Source: Lama glama (taxonomy: Eukaryota). Taken from it: a stretch of DNA of 64,000 nt. The position numbers and the translations under genes were made by a program. The stretch spans positions 22,880,001 to 22,944,000 of the forward strand of contig CM052817.1 in assembly GCA_028534125.1 (NCBI GenBank), read 5' to 3'. Shown here piece by piece: positions 39,250-53,344 of this stretch. Position 1 is the first letter of the stretch. Every line of letters begins with the position of its first letter. A model generated the notes under the pieces. That model saw only the letters and a program-made list of their open reading frames with translations. It was not told the DNA's origin and did no database searches.

Positions 39250-40756
39250 ATCACATCTTCCCTACTCAAAGTTGTCTCTTTCTAATTCTCCCCTTTCCCT
39301 TGGATTATTATATTCTTTGTTTCTAGTGAATGATTCCTATCAACATAGAAGCATGATGTTATTCCTTCTATTGTAATCAGGATTTCACACTCCAAAATCC
39401 ACCTAAACTGTTTTTGCAAATTCAGCAGTGGCTTTCATGTCTTCAATCCAATCTTCAATTCTCTCTCCTCACTCCACTCTTTCTTTCATATGTATTTGAT
39501 CTTTCCTAGAAATCCTTTTGTCACTTGGCTTCAAGCAGTCTCCTGGTTTTATTTTTTACTTCACTGACTCCTCCTCAGATTTCCTTACTTACTCCTATTT
39601 AGTAACCAAATTAATAACGTCTCCAGAGTGCAATCCTTGGCACTCTTCTTTATTCACACTTACTTACCCAGTTTCATTGATTTAAGTATCATCTATTTCA
39701 CAAATGTATATCTTCTGACAATACTCATGACTTGAATGTCTTATAGCATCCTAAACGCTTCCACTTCTAGCAGAAAACTAAAAAGTAACATGTTCAAAAA
39801 TATACATAGTGATCACCGATTTGTATTTCTCTGTTTCTGCACTGCACAGATTCTCTAGTAAGTGACAACTGCATGTTTCCATTTGTTCATTCTGAAACAC
39901 CAAGAAGAGAAGTCATCCTGGAATTCCTCCAGTTTTGCTTTTTTTTTTTTTAATTTCCTTTAATGTATCAACACATTTGGACAGTTCTACTTTTACCAAA
40001 TATCTAGAATCTGAATATTTGTTGCCACATGTGTAGTTAATATTTTGGAAATAGCTGCCATTATTTATGTCATACATAGGAAAATACAAAAAAGCTAATT
40101 TTGTTCTCATTATTGGTAATTTAATTTCTTACGGTCTTTTTTTTTTTCCCAACACAGAAGTCCAGTATCCTTTAAACAAGTGATTTATGCTGTCACTTGC
40201 TTACTCAATGGCCTTCAATAATTTGGCTCACCACATGATTTATAATTAAAACCAAAGTTTTCACTGTTGTCTGACAGGATGTACATGGTCTTACTCCTGT
40301 TACCCATTTAATCTCACTGCCTACTACTCTCCCTCAGCTCACTCTTTCCTGTCACATCAGTCACCCTGATGATCTTTAAACAGATCAGGTGCAATCCTGT
40401 CTCAGATCCTTTGCCTGGAGAGCCTTCTTACACATATGTGCATTATTTTCTCAGCCTTTTGCCTAAATGACACCCACTAAGTGAACATTTTCTTATTTCC
40501 GTATTTAAAATCACAACATACCCTCCTCTCACACATCCATATTCCATAATCTTTTCTGTTTTATTTTATTTTTGTAGTTCTTATCATATGACATACTACA
40601 TGCTATTTTTTTCTTATTTTTTTAATTGACTGTCTCTTTCCCTCTAGAATGTAACCTCTATGAGAGCAACACATTTTATCTGCTTTGTTTACATCTTTAT
40701 CCCCAGAATGGCACAAAGTAGACATTCAATAAATAATTGCTCAGTAAATGAATAAA
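39250..40756 (+). mobile_element. L2 LINE fragment with recognisable 3' end
   Basis: C/T-rich L2 body ending ctagaatgtaacctctatgagagca...ggcacaaagtagacattcaataaataattgctcagtaaatgaataaa. Confidence 0.8.
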
Positions 40757-40989
40757 GACAGTAAGGGAAGATAACTGATGATCCCTTCAAGTTTAAGTGA
40801 AAGTATGCCACTGTAACATCAATTTGTAAAATATAGTCATTTACGGTAACAAAAATACAAAGATTCAGCAATTTTAAATAGAGAGAAATTAATATTAAAG
40901 TCATATGCAATGCTAAAAAGAAATAGTAATTACTGAGGAACTGGGGCAGAATATTACTCACTGTGTACATTAAATACTATTGTGGCCTA

Positions 40990-41530
40990 GAAACATGTAG
41001 GACTGAAAATCATATTTGACAGTAACACTTCCCTAGGAATCTATGCTCAAAGAATAACCACATTCTGTGCATCAAAACGTGTGCAAAATGTGATTATTAC
41101 AGCATAACGTGAAATAACCATCAGCTAGAAACAATTTAAACATGCCTAAAAAGAGGACGAGGAAAAATCTTTGTTATTTCCGTACTACGAATATCATGCC
41201 AGTCATTAAAAGAAAGAATAACACCTACATGTGCTGATGGGGAAAATCTATTAAGTAGCTACACAGAAAAGAAAAACTAAACTAAAACATTTGTAAAAGT
41301 ATAGTGTAGTATAGATCCAATCTATTAAAATGAAGTGTTTGTGTAATATGTGTGTGTACATGTATATACATACATCTTTCAAAATGTTAGCTATGTTTAT
41401 TTCTGAGAGAGTTAGAAATGTGATAGACAAGGGTCCTAAAATACTTAAAATTTTTATTCTTTATAATTATATATTTCATGAATCTTTTACAGTAAGACTG
41501 CATTCATGTATTATTTTTACATTTTTTTAA
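40990..41530 (+). mobile_element. Decayed L1ME-like 3' fragment
   Basis: tttgacagtaacacttccctaggaatctatgctcaaagaataa...ctagaaacaatttaaacatgcc...cagtcattaaaag. Confidence 0.55.
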
Positions 41531-41697
41531 AAGAGCAGAAAATGTCAACCGAGGTTCAGTATGTCAGAAACATTTAAATTTCAATAAAATTAAAGAATAA
41601 TGAATACATCCACAAAAAGCAGTAAGTTTCTAAGACTTGAAAAAAGAAGCTTTTTTTTTTTTTTCACATGAATGCTTAGAAAGTTTAAGAGTGTAAT

Positions 41698-41856
41698 GGG
41701 GAGGGGATAGCTCAGTGGTAGGGTGTGTGCCTAGCATGCACAAGGGCCTGGGTTCAATCCGCAGTACCTCCAGCAAAAAAACAGAATAAATCTAATTACC
41801 TTCCCCCCACCAATAAAATAAAATAAAAATAAAATAAAGTGATACTATAAAAAAAA
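41698..41856 (+). mobile_element. tRNA-derived SINE, camelid Vic-1-like
   Basis: ggggaggggatagctcagtggtag (A box 41708-41721), gggttcaatcc (B box 41750-41760), cagtacctcc, A-rich linker, ctaattaccttcccccc, (AAAAT)n tail; partial TSD aagagt on both sides. Confidence 0.85.
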
Positions 41857-42664
41857 GAGTAAAGAAAAACAGGCAAAAAGCTGTCATTCCTTTCGCTATT
41901 GGTTATAGAATCTACCAGGTTTTAGTCTTATCTTTTCACAATTTTTCTACTACATACACATAAATAGCTCTGTTTATTTTAGTTTACTAATCCATCTTCA
42001 TCCCTCTTCTGGCCTTCATTATATAGGTACACCCTTCCTATATAGTCAACCCCTTTCTCAGTAGCAATCACAATGAAACAAATAAGGGAGAGGTATTAAC
42101 AAACTAACAATAAAACTTACATGGCCTCCCCAAGAGTCTAACACTATAACAACCCTAACTTCCCCTAAAGAAAACCTTCTCTGCATTATGTGAGAACATT
42201 TTGAAATGCTATGAATTTCCTACTCTACAACATAATGGCTTCCAGATGGCTTCCTATTAGAAAACACTGGTCATGGAGGATAAATTTGGAATTCCATTCA
42301 GAGATTGTAAACATCATTGAATATTAATGTATATTGGTGACAATTTAATATTTAAAGTTTATTATTTTACTCATTTTCCATAATGTGTGGTCTTTTGAAC
42401 TAAACTGCCTCCCCCTAAAGACATTATTTATGCACATCAAAAAGAAATACATGACATTCAGAATTACACTATATTTAAAGTATTAATCTGCTATAAAGAG
42501 TGCAAATAAATTTCAAAAATAATTTTTGATTATCATATTGTAAGAATAAAAAGAAAATGTGGCAAAAATATAAGGAGTTTCTATTAGTAATTTTCTTCAC
42601 CCATCATATGACTCCATGTGACACCTATGACTCCTTGCTGGTGAGTATATTAGAAAATAGGTAT

Positions 42665-43148
42665 TGTAGTCAGTACGAGAACTTCCCAAAGACATCAGTG
42701 TCTCAATCCCTTGAACCAAAGGGACTTTGTAGATGTGATAAATGTTGAGGACTTTGAAATGGGAAGAATAGCCTGGATTATCCAGGTGGGTCCAATCTAA
42801 TTACACAAATTCGAAAAAAGCACAGAACTCTTCCTGACTATAATCAGAGGAGGAAAAATGAAATAATTTTTTTAAAAAGAGAGAGAAGATGCAACATTTC
42901 TGGCTTTGAAGAAGGAAGAGGGGCCCACCAGTCAATGAATGTGAGAAGCTTCAGAGCTAGAAAAGGGGAACAAATTAATTCTTTCATGGATCCTCCAGTA
43001 AGGAATTAAGCCCTACTGACAGCTTGATTTAACCCAGCGTTTCCATGTTGCACTTCTGACCTACATAACTGTAGCATGCAAAAATATGTGTTGTTTAGGT
43101 CACTACGTTTGTGTCAAATTGTTACATAAACCATGGCGAACTAATACA
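42665..43148 (+). mobile_element. MaLR solo LTR (MLT1D-like)
   Basis: TG...CA ends; aaagggactttgtagatgtgat, cctggattatccaggtgggtccaatctaat, tggctttgaagaaggaagagggg, cttctgacctac, aactaataca. Confidence 0.85.
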
Positions 43149-43227
43149 TAAGAACACAAAGCTAAATAAGCCATGCCCCCTCTTCCCATGTATTAAGTAG
43201 TGTAACAGAGGTATGTATTATTCCAGT

Positions 43228-43313
43228 ATTAAAAATGAAAATGAGGAGGAGGAGAAGAAAAGGGATAATTAAAAATGAAAATGATGAGGAGGAGGAGGAG
43301 AAGAAAAGGGATA
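43228..43313. repeat. Two-copy tandem duplication of about 40 bp
   Basis: attaaaaatgaaaatgaggaggaggagaagaaaagggata is repeated; the second copy has two extra triplets. It sits at the tail of a MIR. Confidence 0.9.
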
Positions 43314-43314
43314 A

Positions 43315-43535
43315 TCAGCAGCATTGCATTTACTGAGTGGTTACTATGCAATGAGGAATTTTTCTGAGTGTCTCATATAAATAAACCTAAAAGCAACAAT
43401 TACAGGTAGTTTTCTAATACCATCTCTTTTCTACAGACAAGAAAACCGAGGCACAAAGACACTGTGTAACTTGCCAAAGATCACATACACAGGGTCTTGT
43501 AGAATTGGAATTCAAAATCAGACACCTAACTTGTG
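43315..43535 (-). mobile_element. MIR SINE
   Basis: catttactgagtggttactatgc...tttctacagacaagaaaaccgaggcacaaagac...gtaacttgccaaagatcacatac is the antisense MIR core. Confidence 0.8.
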
Positions 43536-43849
43536 ATGGGTTGAAATGAGTCTTAAAGTAAAAGTAAAAATTTGGCAAGTAGACAAAAGGTAAACTGGAA
43601 TTCATTCAGAGTTTGTGAAATCTTTTGAACAATTCCATTTCTTGGTGATTTAAAAAAATTCTCTTTAATAAAATCAAGCAAATTAGAGTGGAACCTGGCT
43701 CAAAGATGCTCCAACTATCCTGTCTGGTAGGATAGGGAGAAGTGAACTACATAGATACAGGTACTATCTAACCCTATTAGAGTAGACTTTAGCAAAGGAA
43801 AGGAGCCAATGCATAAATAAATTTGTATATGTATTTAACATTACTAATT

Positions 43850-44960
43850 ATTTAGATTTTACAAATTGGCTTTTAAATTGTGAAATGATACAGAAGGGTT
43901 AAGGAAGTTATCTTTTCCTGGGTTGGAAGATTAGCAAATGGTTTGATGTTCATGACACTGAAAGTGAAAACACGGAATCAAGATCAGAGGTGCTAAAGAG
44001 TCTGCATGCACTAAATGTGAGATACCTGTGATGTAGATAAGCAGATATGTGAAGAAGGTAGATGGATATATATCTCTATCCATCTCAAATAAAGGTCACT
44101 ATCAGGGAGTCATTACAAATACATGGCATTTAAAGTTGTCAAAATCCTGCAGAGAGAGAAGGAAAGGAGAAAGAGTCAGAGTCCTGAAGAACAACACCAA
44201 TTAGAGAGTGGGAGAGCAGAAGTCTACAGGAGTTTGGACTGTGGTTGGAAAATCTCTGAAGAGTGAGACAGCAAGACATGAAAGAGAAGAGTCATTTCTT
44301 CAGAAAGCGGTTAGTTCAGTTCAGGGCTGCTCTAATGTCTAAATTTAAGTCAGTAGAACAGCCAAACAGGTGATTAGTTGCCTTGGAATCACTCCACACT
44401 TGATGGAGTGCCGGACTTATCAGCAGGAGGACATGGGAGTTGCAACATGAATGGGCAGCACAGGAAATGGACACAGCATGTACTGGTCCATCTTTTAGGA
44501 AGTTCAGAAATGAAGGGAATGGATGAAGTGGAGCAGTTGCCTTAGAGGGATGTGGGCATCAAAAGAGGTTTCTAAGCTACTGGCAAAATCACTGAAGACA
44601 TGAGACGCTTACAGCACCAAGGAGAGAATATCTGAAAAAGAGAAACCTTTGAGAGGGTAAAGCAAGGAAAGCATCTGCGGACAGGCTGGCTTTTGGCAGG
44701 AGAGAAACCTTTCGTCCCTTTTGGCAGTTGGAAAGGAGGCATCAGTAACACAGACACAGGAAGGGTAGATTTTAGATGGGGAGAGGAAGGATTTCCTGTG
44801 TCAATCCCTAAGGAGTAGAAAGCAGGAGAAAAATTGAGAGGTGAACAGACTGCTGTGGACATGTGATGCAGTTCAGCCTACAGGGAAAGAATGGAGCTTG
44901 GTGGCTGCAGTGATTGGGACAACCCATGAGAGAGGACTGTCCAACCATGGTGTGAGGGAG
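43850..44960 (-). mobile_element. L2 fragment
   Basis: Purine-rich antisense L2: gtgagatacctg...ggagtcattacaaatacatggcatttaaag...gagtcctgaagaacaacaccaatt...cttttaggaagttcagaaatgaaggga. Confidence 0.6.
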
Positions 44961-46756
44961 TTCACAGAGCTTCTGTCCTTCTTAAAATTATGGCTTCTGC
45001 ACAGTCATGCTGTTGGACTGCCACTTTTAGAAACTTGTTCTGTAGTGTTTAAAATATCCTCTTTTAAGTGACAACTATCTTGGAGGATTCAACTAAAATG
45101 GCATTCAGTTATTCCAAAATGCTACTTACTGAGCACAGATTAGGATGAATATACACCATTATTTTCACAATGAGCTGAGATGATCAAATTGAATGAGAAC
45201 AATGTGGTAGTGACTTGCAGAAAGAGGTAGTATATACAAGAAGAAATGCCTCAGTGGGTTGTTTTTGTAATCCTAAAATTACCTTTAAGAAGGGGAAACA
45301 GCAAAAGAGAACTATTTCCCATTCTGCTGAAGTGAAAACCAGGAAGACAGTAACTAGATGAATCCACAGTTTATGATGGTATGTGATAATGGTGGAATCC
45401 AGCTTTCTATGATATTAGCAAGCACTGAAGATTTGGACTCAGTATTGCTTGGAAATGAATAAATTTTTTTAGTATTTCTATATATTACATATCTTATCAA
45501 ACCACATTCTTTAAAATTATAACTCACACTAGAAAATGCTAAATGACACTCTTAATAATCACAGTTATTCTTCAGAGTATATCACACTATATTACCTTTC
45601 TGACAATTTGGGGCAAATGAATGTAAAACCCCATCTGAACTTGTTTCTACCTAACAAACTTTAAAATCTCTTGCTATCACCAGGTGCATAGTTCCAGTCT
45701 AGAGTCAACTGACTCACCAATTGCAAAGTCATGCCATTGTTTTCATTATTCTCATAACTACACTTGGAATTCAAAAGATGGCTGACAAGTTAGAATCAAT
45801 GAACTAAATTCTTTTCTCAAAAGGAACTTTCATTTTTTTCTTCATAACAAAAGAAAGTTATGCCCATGGTTTTAGAATCATCTTCTTGACGCTATCCTCA
45901 GATTCATGTAAACCCTGGAAGCTCATTTTACCATTATTTTTTTTCACATGAAGAGAATCTTTAATATTTAAAATGTTTCCTCCATTTTAGATTTAATTGA
46001 ATAAGACCTTTAAAAGCGTTTGAGGAAAGAAAGTCTACTTCCTTTGCTATTTTCAAGTTTTACTACCTAGGAAGTTAGGACAAGTGAGAAATGGGGGCAA
46101 TTCAAGTCTGTTGCAATTATTCAAATGCAGGTTATTCAAAATGGCTTAGAGATATGTTTGTTCTCTTTTTAATAAATAAGATACTGACTTATTGGAAGTA
46201 AAACTGGGTTAATTTTTTGAAGTGTCTTGATTCAACTTAATTAACTGACTGACTTAAAATTATGGCTCTAGGAAAAACTGTAAAAAGTTAAAGAGTAGAA
46301 AATGTTCTGATTTCAAGAGAAAGTGACATGGAGCAAAACAATTAAATACTGCAATGCTCTTCTCACTAAGTATAAAGAAAATAATTTTGGTGGTGGTAAT
46401 AAAGCACGTAATAATATATTAAAACCTAATTAAAACCTATTGTTTTAAGCATGATTTACTCACTGTCCAATAAAATTCAAAATGAAAAAGTCCCCTTTAC
46501 ATTTTGTGGCAAAATATTCCACACCACCCACCCCACTACCATTTCTTTCAGGATGACACTAGGGAATTTGAATACTCTGGCTTTATTTTACTTATTACTG
46601 TATTATTGTTTCATATAAAAATATTGCATATTGTAGCAGCTGTCTGAAGAAAACAGCTCTTTCTGTCAGCTGTCTTTGAGAACAAGAAGAAAAAAATATT
46701 TTTGGAAGAGGTCGCAGGTTGTGTGTAGGGATGTATGCAAATAATACGGAACTGAG

Positions 46757-47121
46757 TGCTGTGGGCTGAATTGTGTCTTCCCCCCAAATTCATGTGTTGA
46801 AGCCCTTATCGTCCATGAGATGGTATTGGAAATAGAGTATTGGGAGATCATTAGGTTTAGATGAGGTTATGAGGGTGGGGCCCTCAGGATGGGATTGTTA
46901 CCTATATAAGAAAAGACACCAGAGAGCTTGCTCTCTCTTTCTGCTATGTGAAGGTACAGCAAGAAGACAACCATCTGTAAGCCATAGAATTCTCACCAGA
47001 TCCTGAACATGCTAGCCCCCTGACCTTGGACTTCTAGCCTCCAGAACTGTGAGAAAATAAATTTCTATTGTTCATGCTACACAGTTTGTGAAATTTTGTC
47101 ATGGTAGCCCAAGCTACGAGA
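46757..47121 (+). mobile_element. MaLR solo LTR (MLT1A-like) with 5-bp TSD
   Basis: tgctgtgggctgaattgtgtc...aaattcatgtgttgaagccct...ggacttctagcctccagaactgtgagaaaataaatttct; flanked by ctgag at 46752-46756 and 47122-47126. Confidence 0.9.
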
Positions 47122-50058
47122 CTGAGCATGTTTCCTTACTGCTTCTTAGGAGTTTCTAGGGTGGGGTGTGGCAAGATCTCAAAAAGAAAAGACTGGATTC
47201 AAAACTCAAGAGCTCCAACTATTGAAGGTACTTATTTTCAGTCATTTCATAAAAGCAACGGAACTACTGGATCAAAAGGCACCCCATTAAATAAGCAATG
47301 GGCATCTCAGTAGTAACTGACAAGGACAAATATCTAATCACTGGAGAAGCCTTTTGCAATGGAAATCTGAGGTGACAGACTTAGACTTGGTAATGACTAT
47401 TATCTAATTTCTTACTAATCCAGAGTGTGAGTTCAGAATCATACATTAATTGACATATAAACAAAAGAAATTTAACTCTTTTGGTACTCTTGAATTTATG
47501 AATTATAAATTGAGATTCATATCTTTCTAAAATGTATTAGATTGGTTAAAATATATTTTTATTAAAGAAATGTTATTCATTGGGTTTATCCTTCTATAAA
47601 CCCATTAAATATGCAGTTGGGATATAGAGAGATTGATAAATACGTAGGTATACTATGGAAAATACTAAATCAAACATGATAGAAATAATAAAATAATTAA
47701 GTAATTAACAATTTATATTCATGTACATATTTGGCACTTTAGTGTAGTATTTTGATTATATGTAATCATGGCTTAAACCAAGAAATTTAGCTTATTAAAA
47801 ACTAGTTTCAAAGAGAGAATCAATTAACCAAACTTCTGTATTTAAATTCGGCCATTAAAATAACAGTAAAAATACATTCTTCAAAAAGCCCTGAGATCAA
47901 TATAGATAAAGTAAAACTTTTCAAAAGTACTAGCTAAGCTATAACTCCATCATAATCAATTGTATTTTAAATATGAACTTGTGGGTTCTCTCTCATAGTA
48001 ACAACGTTCCCAGAATTCTACACAGGAAAACAATAAAACAAACATTTTAACACATGCGAACAAGAAAAGTCAAAATAGTGAATGTAGTATCTCACAAGCT
48101 GTGTATAAATAACCAAACAACAGCACATTTCAACCACATTCAGGGAAGGCAAACACACCATAGTCTTAAATAATAAATAACTAAATAGGACTTTCAGGGC
48201 TTAAGTTATAATATTTCATCCTAATCAACTGTGTATTCAGCTACACAACTCAGTAACATTGACAAATCTAATTTTCTAAATAGTTGGAGGTGTTTTTTTG
48301 GCATCAGTGATAGGAAGGTTTGCCAGTGGGTGTCTAACTCCAGCAAGTCTCATATTACAGTAACAATACAACAGACACAATGAAATGTATTCTGGCCAAA
48401 CAATTCCTTTTTATATCCTTAACAGTGTTCCTAGGTAGGGTAAATATCATTCTAGATCTTTTATTGATTTTCCAGCCCACATATTAAAATGTAGACGTCA
48501 ATCTCAAGTCACGTTTTGAAGTAATTAGACGTGAGCAGAATTACATGAGGTAGGTGATTGAATAATAGTATTAGGAAAGTATTGGTTAGTTTTAAAAGAT
48601 ATAATGAATACCATGAGTAGAAACTTCATTTTAAATCTGGAATCATTAAAAAGTTGCTCAAGGCCACTGTCTAGCTTCACTGTTTGAAACAAAGGCTGGC
48701 ACTCATTAAACTGTCTCCACAAAAAGCTACAAAAATAATTCTTTAAAATATGATAGTGGTAAAAAAGTTAATATGGGAACCTAGAGTGTCAAAAGTTTGT
48801 TACAGAAATGGCTAAACTCTCAGGATTTTTATAACAAATTACTTCCTTTTGGTAATATCATGAAACCATAGACTACTGACATTAGTCCAATCATATTACA
48901 ATCTGAGAAGAAATGATACATTTATATTGGCTAGTTGGTCAAATAACAAACTTATCCATTAAAAATACAGTGTTTATCTTCAGGGATTTTGAAATAAGAA
49001 TTCAAAAAAGATTGAAAACACCCCTGCTATAATTTACATACAAGATTCAGTAATTTAAGAAAGAAGACATTACCTACAGTTTCAAATTTTGGTAACACAG
49101 AGAAAGTATTTTTCTTTTCTATTCATTAAATCAAGGGAAAACATAGCAATATTTATCAAAAGAGAAGAAACAAAGATGTACTTTACATAACAGAATAGTA
49201 GGTGATAGGTGAGTTACAGGTAAAGAAAGAATGGGGCTTGATCAGCACAGCAGCGTAAAATTCAACAAAGATTTATCAAGTGTATACTACTTCTATTCTA
49301 GATGAGAAGGATGCTTCAGTAAACAAAACTGGCAGTGAGATAGAAAAATAAATATAAAATATTTTAGTAGGAGATAAGCATTATGAAGGAAGATAATGCA
49401 GCTAAGAGAGGTACCACTTTTCAATAGACTGCTACGAAATGTCTTTCAGATAAGGCAGTGGAGCAATATGAAGGAGATAAGGAGGTGAATCAAGCTGATA
49501 ACCATGCTAATACCTGGGAAAGAATATTATAGGGGACAGCAACTGAAAAGTTTCTTTGTTTTTTTTCTATAGAGATTGTCATCTGATTTATGTATAAATA
49601 TATATAAGTATGTGAACAAATATGTATCTTCTTTAAGAAGTGACTGATACATATACTTTTACAGAATGAGGCATTCTTAAAAATGAGCAATTTTACGTAG
49701 GAATTTGGTAATATTATTCAGCAGAATCTCAGACTATTCTGCGATATATGCATGTATTGACTCATTACACTGTATACCCAAAACTAACATATTATATGTT
49801 ATATGTCAATTATACCTCAATTAAAAAAAAAACTCAAAAAGAAAACTGTCTCTAAATAGGCCATAACATAAATGAATCATATATAAATATGACTTGACAA
49901 ATATAGTTAGTAATTATATCAGATTACTCAAGATGATGTTTAATGTACCAAGCAATTCACATGAATCCTAATATTTCTTCCATAATAGCATCTAACACAC
50001 AGGAATTCAATTGTCTGTCTATTTTCTGGGATTCAGAATTGATCGATCGATCTGCCTG

Positions 50059-50106
<48 letters not shown>
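50059..50106. repeat. (TCTA)12 microsatellite
   Basis: Perfect tetranucleotide run seen directly. Confidence 0.95.
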
Positions 50107-50107
<1 letters not shown>

Positions 50108-50564
50108 TCATCATTCTATTTGAAGCTTCTCATTCCATTCTCCACTTCTAGTAAAACTAACAAAAAGCAAGTACTGAATAAACGTTTTAAATGAATAGAT
50201 ATATGAATCGATGCATGAATGCATGCAGGAATTAATTAAGGGATGGATTAATTGATGACTTGTGGTGGTCTGAAAATTGTCCCAGAAAAAAATGTAGTAT
50301 ATGTATCTATTGTATATGTTCTGGAAAGTTCAACCATAATTGAGTGCCCAGAATTATATAAGTAAGCTATATAATCAAATAATATAATCAAATTATATAA
50401 TGATTTACCAACAGAATTATATCTAATAAAAACAAATGTCGCAGAATCCCACAGTTTTTGTAGTTGTACTGATTGACATGTATATAATTTTTCAGAATTT
50501 TGCATTAAGTGAAAAAATGGAAGCTGACACAACTGAATTTAATACATTTTTATATCCTCTTTAT

Positions 50565-52980
50565 AGATGTCAACAAAAATGGTGAAGTAAGGATCTCCAA
50601 AACTTCTCTCCTCCATAAGAGCAATAAGAAAACTAGCAAGAATTGTCAGAATCATCTTTTTCAGAACTACAGAAGTTAATCAAAGACTTGTAACAATCTA
50701 GGAGTGCTTAGTCAAGAAAAATGACTGATTCTTTGTAAGAATTGTGAGCTTTATTGTATTTTTAACTTGCTCTAATCCCATTTCCCCATTCTCCAGCTGC
50801 ATCTGAGCCCTGAAAACTAATAACCAGCATTCATGGTAAAAATCAGCAGTTTTGTATGAATAGAGGGAACAGACTAGGGCTGGAGTTTCTTCAAAGTTCA
50901 TTCCAAAAGAATTGTCATTATTGTATGTATCTGTGGTTTTCTGAAAGATTCCACTAGCAATATTGTCTGTATTGGATCTAATTCAGAAATCACTCTATGT
51001 GAAAAGCCTTTTCCTCAAAGGCATTTGTCAAAAATAATTACAAGCAATTGTTAAATATCACAGCCTGAGAGACTGTAAATAAGAGTAGGGGCAAATAACT
51101 AACAACAACAACAAATGTAAAGGAAAATCAGTGTAATGAAATGTTCACAGAGGCTTCATGAAACTCTTTACATTCATGGGAATCTAGAAAGACACATGCA
51201 CACTATGGCATCTTGCCTGACCAGGACTTTGCATGAACTTAGGAAAACCTGGGAAGGCCCTTATCTCTCTTCTCCAGCTAAGTTTTAGGATAATGCACTG
51301 AGTAAGAATTCAAATCAAAGGCAGAACTGTCAACTGCAAGCCTGCATACTGAAAAGTATAACCTACATTAATACAGGATTTGTTCACAAAGTTTGGGAAA
51401 CTTCTTGGTTCCATGCGATTAAGGAACCCTCTGGGCTATCATTAACTGACCGCTAAATTAAGTGAATAGAGATTGCAATAAACAAACATCACAAACAATA
51501 CTGACTTGACAGATTTATTACAGAAAAGTCACTAAACAGAAAACAGCTACATAAGTAGCAATAACAAAGACAGGGTGATGTCAAGAGTAGCCCCGTTACA
51601 TAATTTTAAATGTTCAGTTTTCAACCAAAAATTATAAGACATGCAAAAACACAAGAAAATATGGCCTACATACAAGAAAAAGGTATATCATAGAAACAAT
51701 CTTGAAGAGATGCAGATGTTGAACCTACTAAACACTTTAAATGAATTATTTTAAATATGTACAAAGAAGTAACAATAACAATGTCTACTGAACTAACACA
51801 AAGTAAAAGAATAATGTCTCATCAAATAGAGGATATCAAGAATGAGATAGAGTTTTTTTAAATAACCAAATAGAAATTCTAGAGCTGAAAAGTCTAATAA
51901 CTACAATGAAAAATCACTAGAGGGGATCAACAGAAGATTTGAGCAAGCAGAAAAAAAATAAACTTGAAGATGGGTCACTTGAGATTATCCCAGCTGAAAA
52001 ACAACAACAAAAACATAAAGAATCTATCAACAACAAAAACAAAAAAACAGAAATAAATAACAAGTTCAGCAATTTTGCAGAACATAAGATCAATATACTG
52101 AAATCACTTATATTTCTATATACTAGCAATAAAAAATTGAAATTAAAATTAAGAAGATAATTGCAATTACCATAACATCAAAAGTGACAAAATTCTCACA
52201 ATAAATTAACCAAATTAAGCAGTTACTATAAGCAGTAGGCCTTAAGACAAAAGTCATAAAAGGAAAATGAAGACCACCTAAATAAAGAGAAGATATACCA
52301 TGTTTATGACCGGAAAACTTCATATTGTTAAGATGACAAGATACTCCTTAAATTGATCTAAAGGTTTAATGCAGTGAGAATAAGAATAAAAATATATATC
52401 AATGAAACAGAATTGAAAGTCCAGAGATAAACCCTTACATTTATGGCCAACTGACTTGCAACAAAGGTGCCAAACACAATTCAATAGAGAAAGAGCAGTC
52501 TTTTCAACAAATGGTACTGGGGCAACTGGATATCCATGTGCAAAATAATGAATTTATACCTTTATGTCACATTATGTACCAAAATTAACTAAAAATGGAT
52601 TACACTCCTAAATATAAAAACTAAAAATAAAAAAGAAACTTAGAACAAATATAGGAATACATGTCAGAAACTTGGTTTATGGTATATTTTCTTTGCTATG
52701 ATACTAAAGCACCAGAAACCCAAGAAAAACTGATAAATTGAAATTCATCAAAATTGAAAACTTCTGTGCTTCAAAGAACACTATTAAGAAAGGAAAAAAG
52801 ACAGGTTATAGAATAGGGAAAGTATTTACAAATCATAAATCTGAAAAGGGTCTAGTATCCAGGATATATAAAGAGTATTTACAAGACAACAATAAAAGGA
52901 CAAGTAACCCAATTAAAATGGGCAAAAGATTTGAATAGGCAGTTCTCCAAAGAAGACATACATCTGTCCAGTTAGCTTAT
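50565..52980 (+). mobile_element. Old L1 with 5' region, ORF1 start and internally deleted ORF2
   Basis: 5'-UTR-like aaaaatggtgaagtaaggatctcc...ttgtcagaatcatctttttcagaact; ORF1-like aaccaaatagaaattctagagctgaaaag...ctagaggggatcaacagaagatttgag; ORF2 motifs gtcttttcaacaaatggtactggg and KFIKIENFCASKNTIKK. Confidence 0.75.
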
Positions 52981-53344
52981 ACTATAGAATGACGGCCAAA
53001 CTGTAAGGAAGGATTCAGATGCAAACCTGGGAATTTGGGAGTTTCACTAAATATATGCAATGTCATACAGTCCTTTTTTTATACCCCTTTCCTAGAATTA
53101 TCAATCTTCTAGCTTTTTTTTTTCAGTAGCTATCCTCCCCCAATAAACAAAATTCCAGGATAACAGGAATCATATCTGTCAGTTTATATTATATTCCCTA
53201 GGCCCAGCACTGATTATATGGTACAGTACATGTTCAAACACTTGTTAGTTAAATACATGAACTAGAACAAGGGTCTGATCATGACTGGGATGATTTGGGG
53301 AATCGCAATAATCTATATATAATTAAAATCTGATTATAGGCAAA

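Noticed and set aside
41698..41771. Possible tRNA gene
   Set aside because: A and B boxes are present, but they are followed by a SINE linker and A-rich tail, so this is a SINE head.
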